A stretch of DNA of 64,000 nt from a virus, in IMG/VR virus record IMGVR_UViG_3300030328_002066, positions 5,510-69,509 of that record, one strand, 5' to 3'. The position numbers and the translations under genes are program-made. This document shows positions 60,501 through 64,000 of the stretch, one piece after another (the first letter of the stretch is position 1; the number at the start of each line of letters is the position of its first letter). The notes under the pieces were generated by a model that had not been told where the DNA came from, did not search any database, and saw nothing but the letters and a program-made list of their open reading frames with translations.

Positions 60501-63500
60501 CTGATAAGATGTCTAGAGATTTACAAAGGTTCTATAATAGAGCTAGTAGATACTTTAAGATTTTTAATAAATTCGCTAAAGCGTCTGATCCAGCTACGCA
60601 AAATGTTGGTTTAGATATGCAGCGTCGTGTTCATAAATCTTTAAACAATCCGAACGAATCTGCTAGACAAAGGGCTATTTCTAATTTAGATCTAAGTCCT
60701 TTAAAGCTATCTTCTAAAGAAGAAGGGCGCTTTCGGGATGACTTACTGGCAATGGGTGAATTGGTTTTTAATCCAGAGTCTGGATTGATCCACCGTATTG
60801 TAGAACAATCTTATAGAGCAGGTGTTTTATCTAAAACGCAAAGAGACAAGATTAGAAAAAGCCCCAGACTTCCTTATTTACTTAGGCAAGAGCATGTTAG
60901 TAAAGAAGTTGGCGTAGACTCCTTACGGGAAAAACTTGTTAACCGGGCCTTTAAAGAGTTAAAAGATCGTTACGATGGCTCTGCTAAAGGCGCGGAAAGA
61001 GGAGGACCAGTCTTTGTTAATAGAGATGCTTTAGTTGGGATTGGAAGCATTATGACTGAAGAAGTCGGCACAGATGCCGCTCGTCTTCAGTTTAATGAAA
61101 TGCCAGAGCATCTTCAAAACGCGTTATTAGAGTTAGCTGAAAAATATCACGAAAAGAAACCCGAAGATTATTCTACTTGGGAACCGGCTGATAAAGCTGC
61201 CTGGGCTAGTAAGCTCTATGCTGAAGAGTTGGTTCTTCCTGTAAAACTTAGAACTGAAGAAACGCTTTTAACCCCGGATAATCCTATTCTTATTCACTAC
61301 AGAAAAAGCCTTGATACTAGAGAAGAGGCTTCTTGGAATGGAGAACGAGGAGAACGGGGAGTTTTAACTGGACGTTCTAAAGCTTCGGCTATGTATGATA
61401 AATGGGCTAACTCTAGAGATGGACGCGATGCTGTTCGTGTACCAGAAGATTTAGGTTTACTGGAAAACTTTGCCTTAAAAGAGGCTATTGTTCTAAAAAA
61501 CTCTGGTCACTTAAATCCAGACCATAGTATGTTTGGTCGCTGGGAAGACTTCTTTTCTGGAAATGCTAGAAAAGCCGGTCGTGAAGATGGGTCTGCTGAT
61601 CCGGATATTTCTTTGTATCAAAGCGTAGACCTTCTTCAGATTATACCATCTTTGTTTAAAGGCCGAACTGGCGATTCTTATGGCACAGTAGTACAACAAA
61701 ACGCTCTTGGTTTACAGGGGATGGATTTCTTAGATCTTGTCTACTACTTAAAAGATAAGTTAAAAGATCCTGGAGCCTTGTTTTCAGTAAACGGGGAAAT
61801 GCGTCAGCTTACTTCTTTAGAACGTAAGCGTATGGGAAATGAGCTTACTGTTATTGAAGAGCAGAATGACACTTTGTTTTTAAGAAAACCTAGAACTTTA
61901 GACGAAACAGACGACGCACTAGAAGGTATCTTCCACGATCTTTCAACTGTTGGTATTGGTATTGCTTCGGCAGGTAACTGGACTACGTCTGTTTTAGCTG
62001 AGGTTACTAGTGGTTTTGCTAGAACTATTGCTAATATGATTCGAGGAGACTTACAAGCTCCTCTAGATTATATTAAAGGATTTAGCCCAGCTAAAAGACA
62101 AAGGGTTTTAGAATCTGTTAATGCTCATGAATTTTCTTTGCATAAAATAGGTCAAATCTCCCAGTTAGGTGATATTGGTTTTGATGCAGTATCAGATGGT
62201 AATATTTCCAGCGAATCTATTTCTCCGCTGCGTCGTTTAGGCAGAGGAATTAGAAGTGTTTCTACTTACGGGTTCAGTGGTATTAACACGTATACTAGAT
62301 ATGTTTCTAGTGTTCAAGGTATTAGACAGATCCAAAAAATGGTACACAAAGATCGTTTTGTGGAACTGGGAGAATTATTTGAAGAGTTGCCTGAAGAGCC
62401 TACAAGAAAAGATATTTCAGCCGCTGCTAGAAAAGCAGGGGTTCCTGATGACGTAGCAGCTCAGCTATTTTACGGAGGCGCTAATAACCTCTCTATGCTG
62501 ATGAAAGTACAAGATGCTGTTAAGGCTTATTTAAAAGAAGATGGTTTTGATTTTGATGGGTTTCATACAGAAATGTTAGCTCATGAAAATACAGCCGATG
62601 CCGCAGATGGGCAAGCTGCTGTAGGCCATGTTTTAGGAATGGTTAATGCGTTTAATAGAAGGAATAACTTAGATCCAACTTTTGGCAATCGACAAGTTCC
62701 TCGAAATATGATGGAACGGTTGTTAGCTTCTTTAGGACAATATCCTATTCTTGCTTATTCTCGTATGCGTCAGCATATGTGGCAGGGTGGTATTACTGGA
62801 GTAGCTTCATTTATAGTTCCTTTAATTATGGGTGAAATTACATATACAACCATTATGCAGGCAGCTAAGGGCGAAGATCCTGAGGAGATTCTAGAACGCT
62901 GGGAAAACGATCCCGAAGGGGCTCTATTAAAAGTGTTAGAAAATCTTCCTGTATTTGGACGACTTCAAACCTTGCAGCCAATGCTTATGGGACTATTTGT
63001 AAAATTTGTAAATAGCTTAGATCAAGACTTTGCGGCGGGATATAAAGATCAGACTCTACGATACAACATGGTATCTTTGCCTGGTCTAGAAATGTTTATC
63101 TCATCGTTATCAGCTTTAGACCGAGCTACTGAGCAGATCTATAATGGAGACTATGAAAAAGGTGTAGCTAACTTAGGACGGGTCGCCCCGGTTCCTTTTA
63201 AACCAGCTATGAGAATTTTCTTAAATTACCTTTTCCAAAGCGATCCTTTGTTACGAGATTCTAACGGAGGAAGTACATATAATCCTACTAGGCATCAGAC
63301 AAAGACGACTCCTATGAAGGTTTGGTCTGAATCTGAGGAAGGTATAAAAGCTCGTACTAGAAAGGCGGAGGATTCTCCTGCTGGTCCTGATTTAGTTCAA
63401 ACGGACCCAATGCCCGTAAAAGCTCAAGGCCCTGACAAGGCTTCTGAGGGGGTTACAACGGATCCTGTTGTTAAGTCTCCTCCAGAACAGCCTAAGGTTC

Positions 63501-63586
63501 CGGTTAAGCCAGAGCCTGAAGGGCTTGATAAGGCTGGAGCTAGTCCAGAATTAGCTGACTTAGCTGACAAAGGGTTAAACAAGTAA
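48542..63586 (+). CDS. Giant internal virion (ejection) protein with putative degenerate single-subunit RNAP domain
   Basis: 5014-aa uninterrupted ORF, AGGAG RBS; Gly/Ala hydrophobic helices near both ends as in gp16-type proteins; motif-B-like RSDVFKPPVMTKVYSAG. Confidence 0.75.
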   Translation: MTQETTNNFSFNPTNVRQEDLLNSQTFSRFVNRDTALIKSFSQIEEQKRYDDYLFNNSNRIDQILKDIETASSKNDGFLKALFDRKFDPDEPVVEGIKATDSGYIRDWMNAGDRSNWQAYSQRSAATDPGTLFGYSGRAVDAKFAGSYTAIDGEYEKLSPDAKALIDRSKSYAESQGLRLNRNNWGGLEGVGETVSGIYSFFAAPWSESAEGLGARKLNEGTELWYRLYEGDPEWKANSKARKEIANAIVNGDQKFVFELIGLTEKDIEDAPSLTAAMERVNQRVLAFQEGQAMAHAGTTELVFRDTWEMLKAMPSDPDSVFELGAAVAFGVATGGISLAAYGTRLTQRATARAAGRVLFNGPVLRRAAKTAENWRRLSEAASTTAGWLESAAKASNVTRKFLTPTTWSEEILVPTVKQAWWISREASKETAEALAIKELSRGSVFGIALRNSLFDMDAPGGLTGLAANMADGAWSELLAYAATRDEEADYARFIYGDDVNPEDYAFSLHGALQSMGYGAMYGAILGGAIRTATGILTSPGSYAKDDFKVGDIKDLVKNIRQKRTDRKNGVLASTMYDLASGGIRSKRVILENVKSSAVSRGFIHADDAEAMSRLEVVVDTGIANGVDMAKAVKESGGNPVELNKIIQRESKTTKAQSKRDAQRRANEHSPEKRRTSTKAAVALNTAVVEKAADNGTGTEAVNRGEVVRELIDDPNTDPEIKATLIEIEEGVKEASNFQVYETMRQIDEAIEGGLSEVDDELQDDLINTVAVNSGLNPMAEGTVTTEDTGRAIEKEVARRQEEYESQLAETQARQEQVNKEALEEERQKLLVDGRKKGGYSLAALKKMAEGLGITFGKNGDLPAKPGREALVNAIMERRSGEATTVGAAVVPPQPPQAVKPEDVTKEARQESQRRRLQQNNGSEEILKSITDSTDVLMVTEGTLTEAVTIQAQVGVERGITSFIMQQGDRAADARNKASVYSPIQMAKVTKERYDSIKEAGLKLPPETRKTVAKKIKALRDKEGLTKKDIEKAVYREYGINVGVNFEISDKKAEVDESGKDIIPEKVEVDGEEKAYLTKEEVLSLYEQLTWIAAISDAFESDALGDWSPTETQKFWLGDPTTQNRVARQALASIMAIESKYAKEGKDAQYVTYRELIEAGWPIGHENLLHSAFGEAEALESNNAGNSLFHIVLLRSMVEERVARSAEDSEFTSAYRQEQQARIDRIEEGLEGDVPDRIRNKLIKYRSQAMIELTVVNFIANAGVNTSVTQSRVNEVINSPAYGNKDTSFADRKAKYMRRQETKFVEGVMHALSRLPDDSPAFHTMLKKMGLQEFIRRKLIFTPDKDLRPNQKAQAIRERKELAEGIARWAVSQSPDLFGNVTDANTFGGLSKLWDGSLDAVDGFTAGNALIEAVFNFRNFGTSKGDSLAAGVNTKEDEHGYLGQLSNRGFMLTFERHVQDKTNEHILFDTNPETGEQKRKFYTEADVEERLAYYERIESLINLEQWDKLSEFVQNTPYAADLRRGIAPQQLITELQGEIQNFRDKYESRVEWARITPPSVIHTLHDQALSMRNSSAAYHVFGSLPETPELKPLKAMINAKGDTGLKTGTFNAGSFKDAWAVKSSRIWGTASGMASFARASGRHHLAALMSSLEDNPIQLLSALHEAKDGTVVVDNGKVKVTIDNDEDASAQAVEVAQSIYDDFHAGVVHLFLERNKTSLETWEKAYKEAKLDYDGIKGNYNRADPEHAKIYAVYKNAQEKRNHHKAISKVKITTKPASKDIKDRTGQDVVITEVDYSKVPINKKTGKPEIGPKDIPGLNQAVFRDFLAQELNTIKTVGGGEQVASALAQYQDKFVAEKGADNYSLVGVATLENENLTHRGWTILSQVAEIASLKEGQGFKDLSSPIASWFRSDVFKPPVMTKVYSAGKKAFRNNTIKVLNELDLEDISDLALREEFKKLRDEGAVTEMANELVFVLVGDKDTKGTIETVLGLPNTDVLIEQLNARMAYDSLVVYVPDGQGGEKRVDLEDVLDRKITQEELTQLRKYKEVGDSKFTPAIPADDVVQDADVDQDIYDRRTQSTDKDMLRAIRTIGERVFGGIADDSSFPMLGLWVARLEMGQRSGNITQKAKDAAIRRMFEFIQDAKATSAQKGIPFDEALRRIVKPVSSYLQSVEHLNRTSVVANNPIIMDYMEDMSLTVEDLDSISRAQLGENALPMYARNRVSTGRSFKFTDTSAMGRPMSGESSTEETLGIGDEQVGTLVIGDAFASLMEGQETETDALRSTVLQDMEMELGGILKPLGFTDPNEKDFVETARKNSYDPEKKKRSKNRNARLKEIDGEIAALKKKEREEGSELTEEEIYRMGRLTELRKVVIKIDDDGKTTEQADRTLIPVSVSPQNRLTTPDVSNVSMPNSAVQPTALGVPSLRALRTKLHSRQLQDAEAAKKNLQSEQRSTFSIQEMATASPISPAYTEAVRAESSQNPVELSDAEYIAGIRTEDQRSKEEIKQEVEGENLSSKEHFGDSLTSEERIAGVRSLRLAHRLAETRRREKPRGETKSDRKAAQRARMRQHSMDALNLTHGAISVSAADAGKRKHDLDRGEVAPGRRSSTRFKQIVDKDGKPKVVRVEGEQEGDYLKTFGEMLVNYAFRNQLTGMAGLMVGPVDATGVLLRRPDMRPGKDPRKAMEEIVPKLTSRGPTSVFFLDFMLMGGANKEFTMKALAAMYMDRTKLAPDNAEVAAMSPTEFVAWVNADGFLKNYTEWNNVKFGLKNETVQSIPDADAKSKIITRDLAEEKQKFWDDFEDYEDGKDVTSDNDFQTVVSEFYDSMFEEMATEFPELPRLKLDEDTKMFFYGIYEMLENEPQYREFLFQVLGLDADDPNITNLDVAAGFTLALDDVDNNFFVPLLEKIKNGPDEVIRPTQFGARYNSMEVSDPTLPSGARPTFTAMEQLHILNLSRNKEIVHKLLVASMFGVDIELDLEMSSKLREKSDRFDTSFAPAHGFARTPLTERNAEQLRVEGDTNAGWKPEALGAVLWHDMRDTIDPDSVFGKAKGTDINSAQKGKLGLAYFLLNAGLVDKNGTVHIEAEKFLSGHSFDVSKEDISKIVPDLAKEMAKKQEQPDLESTSSQLEDNAVIDDDFDLPTGTVSRSDTTKADDDFDLPTGTVSRKATKKADDDFDLPTGTVSRKATKKADDKSTDSKVDPNYKEHDLDRLYKTMDELNEILDQAENEFSEIGAKFVDLEGPAGPSRLVNFSARNMVAVEVNGEVFVFYQSSGLAGKEKVPRGVWYVIGGIRPDGSWIAKTSDGMMSNYGSPQLKKIGDILTRATMKDGEVTNIKTTKNNIKDQIYLKTAEDDAKFAKQVNNLIGIDESADWESVWESNLNEKVKRIETEPEADLDDDFDLPTGTVSRQPSSTVVAGDPETGYDGSVKPVTPEERNEAARNVTKRLHITRTTQTNTPEGDAFLLALQSSVFRGQPGAQNAATLFKLLTGRDKGVDKPVSDFEAMQLIQTALVDSELGFSLFGGNLRFNPDGEISTDIQVEKSVTNQQRMTKLIRTMNGVNEISELLGKGQASAALAFVLHELSDSNLYVADRGEARDLSKISTSRQRTGNTKAMRNTFLRDFVTVEGISKFEELVDALGIRIPRIDKFISELKRIQKTYNITLENLVKAQPQNVFILELEQNEPEFLELVREAYAWTMTGVLLTKAGKVDLDKYVSHESGFKDMVTLAATRIRNLLKDIQEYTREFGVARKPDKDPKQVRISSWGWLNKEDETFFNTQWKTITAMSARADEAHTISSKGLLNITKGVGRDGTLKTVYAGGELGPADSATALEMRLADVERRLREETSTIEKHRLLAERTSLQEKQRIIRSSVEAPSRQARIAELRAKGLDPELGIPIKENLTDEEWLELRDYEAETALKAFRATQSMGVGSKVSSAASLMTFARGLSTLPSSPFDDIRGLTVAGNPNAINATTSLNGWVPQQFLADKMSRDLQRFYNRASRYFKIFNKFAKASDPATQNVGLDMQRRVHKSLNNPNESARQRAISNLDLSPLKLSSKEEGRFRDDLLAMGELVFNPESGLIHRIVEQSYRAGVLSKTQRDKIRKSPRLPYLLRQEHVSKEVGVDSLREKLVNRAFKELKDRYDGSAKGAERGGPVFVNRDALVGIGSIMTEEVGTDAARLQFNEMPEHLQNALLELAEKYHEKKPEDYSTWEPADKAAWASKLYAEELVLPVKLRTEETLLTPDNPILIHYRKSLDTREEASWNGERGERGVLTGRSKASAMYDKWANSRDGRDAVRVPEDLGLLENFALKEAIVLKNSGHLNPDHSMFGRWEDFFSGNARKAGREDGSADPDISLYQSVDLLQIIPSLFKGRTGDSYGTVVQQNALGLQGMDFLDLVYYLKDKLKDPGALFSVNGEMRQLTSLERKRMGNELTVIEEQNDTLFLRKPRTLDETDDALEGIFHDLSTVGIGIASAGNWTTSVLAEVTSGFARTIANMIRGDLQAPLDYIKGFSPAKRQRVLESVNAHEFSLHKIGQISQLGDIGFDAVSDGNISSESISPLRRLGRGIRSVSTYGFSGINTYTRYVSSVQGIRQIQKMVHKDRFVELGELFEELPEEPTRKDISAAARKAGVPDDVAAQLFYGGANNLSMLMKVQDAVKAYLKEDGFDFDGFHTEMLAHENTADAADGQAAVGHVLGMVNAFNRRNNLDPTFGNRQVPRNMMERLLASLGQYPILAYSRMRQHMWQGGITGVASFIVPLIMGEITYTTIMQAAKGEDPEEILERWENDPEGALLKVLENLPVFGRLQTLQPMLMGLFVKFVNSLDQDFAAGYKDQTLRYNMVSLPGLEMFISSLSALDRATEQIYNGDYEKGVANLGRVAPVPFKPAMRIFLNYLFQSDPLLRDSNGGSTYNPTRHQTKTTPMKVWSESEEGIKARTRKAEDSPAGPDLVQTDPMPVKAQGPDKASEGVTTDPVVKSPPEQPKVPVKPEPEGLDKAGASPELADLADKGLNK
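57947..58771 (+). repeat. 57-nt coding tandem repeat x3 plus a distal fourth copy (DDDFDLPTGTVSR)
   Basis: Copies begin at 57947, 58004, 58061 and 58733. Confidence 0.92.
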
Positions 63587-63596
63587 TATAGTCTAA

Positions 63597-63626
63597 AGGG
63601 GGCTCCCAGATCGTTGGGAGCCCCCT
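63597..63626 (+). terminator. GC-rich hairpin after the giant gene
   Basis: AGGGGGCTCCCA-GATCGT-TGGGAGCCCCCT; weak U tract. Confidence 0.65.
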
Positions 63627-63634
63627 GTTGCTGT

Positions 63635-63659
63635 GGGCATTAACGCCTTAGTCTAAGAG
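63635..63659 (+). promoter_or_regulatory. Putative phage RNAP promoter, copy 4 (right-end, phiOR-like)
   Basis: GGGCATTAACGCCTTAGTCTAAGAG, 2 mismatches to consensus; no ORF downstream. Confidence 0.65.
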
Positions 63660-63675
63660 GGGAACAAAGTTACTA

Positions 63676-63728
63676 CTTAGTTCTAGGGTACTTAGCGTCT
63701 TTAGCGCTTAGCGCAAAGCTAGACTTAG
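63676..63728 (+). repeat. Short CTTAG/TTAGCG repeats in non-coding end region
   Basis: cttag..cttagcg..ttagcg.cttagcg..cttag. Confidence 0.5.
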
Positions 63729-64000
63729 AGGTTATTCTATTTTACATACCAAACGACAGCGCAATGCTGGGACTAGAGTCATCCCCTCCCCTCCAAAGGG
63801 ACCATACCTTTGGTACGAGCGGGAGATCGCTCCTATTCCAGTCGTTGCTCTCGACACAACGTTCATACATAGCAACGCACCCCGACCCCCGCAGGGTTTA
63901 TACCCTAAGCTACGAGCGGAGGGTCGCTAAGAAAAAGGGGTCAGAAATTTACAGAGGGATGCCAACAAAGTTGGCCTGGGCTTTCCCCCCAGGACCCCCC

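Overview
About 64 kb of a lytic T7-like podophage (Autographiviridae-like), with essentially all genes on the + strand. The order is: (i) an early/accessory region with a lysozyme fragment, a methyltransferase-like gene, a deaminase, ThyX, five tRNAs, a dockerin-like secreted protein, a sigma factor, a degenerate citrate-synthase-fold protein and DUF932; (ii) a single-subunit RNA polymerase and replication/nucleotide genes (SSB, RusA, primase-helicase, PolA, dNMP kinase, exonuclease, dUTPase, class II RNR), interrupted by a Cys-rich giant; (iii) portal, scaffold, capsid, tail, lysis and terminase genes; (iv) three displaced internal-virion genes ending in a 5014-aa protein, followed by a probable right genome end. 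Dockerin-like, PEP-CTERM-like and Cys-rich motifs suggest a planctomycete (Phycisphaerae-like) host, which is an inference. Best novelty candidate: the 5014-aa protein carries a colinear but degenerate set of T7/N4-type RNA polymerase motifs. A 25-bp promoter-like repeat with a palindromic core occurs four times, once directly upstream of the canonical RNAP gene. Together with the phage sigma factor, this suggests an unusual multi-tier transcription system. Second candidate: a structured capsid 3' UTR containing 18 nt complementary to the 16S rRNA 3' end. All calls come from reading motifs by eye; no searches were run.
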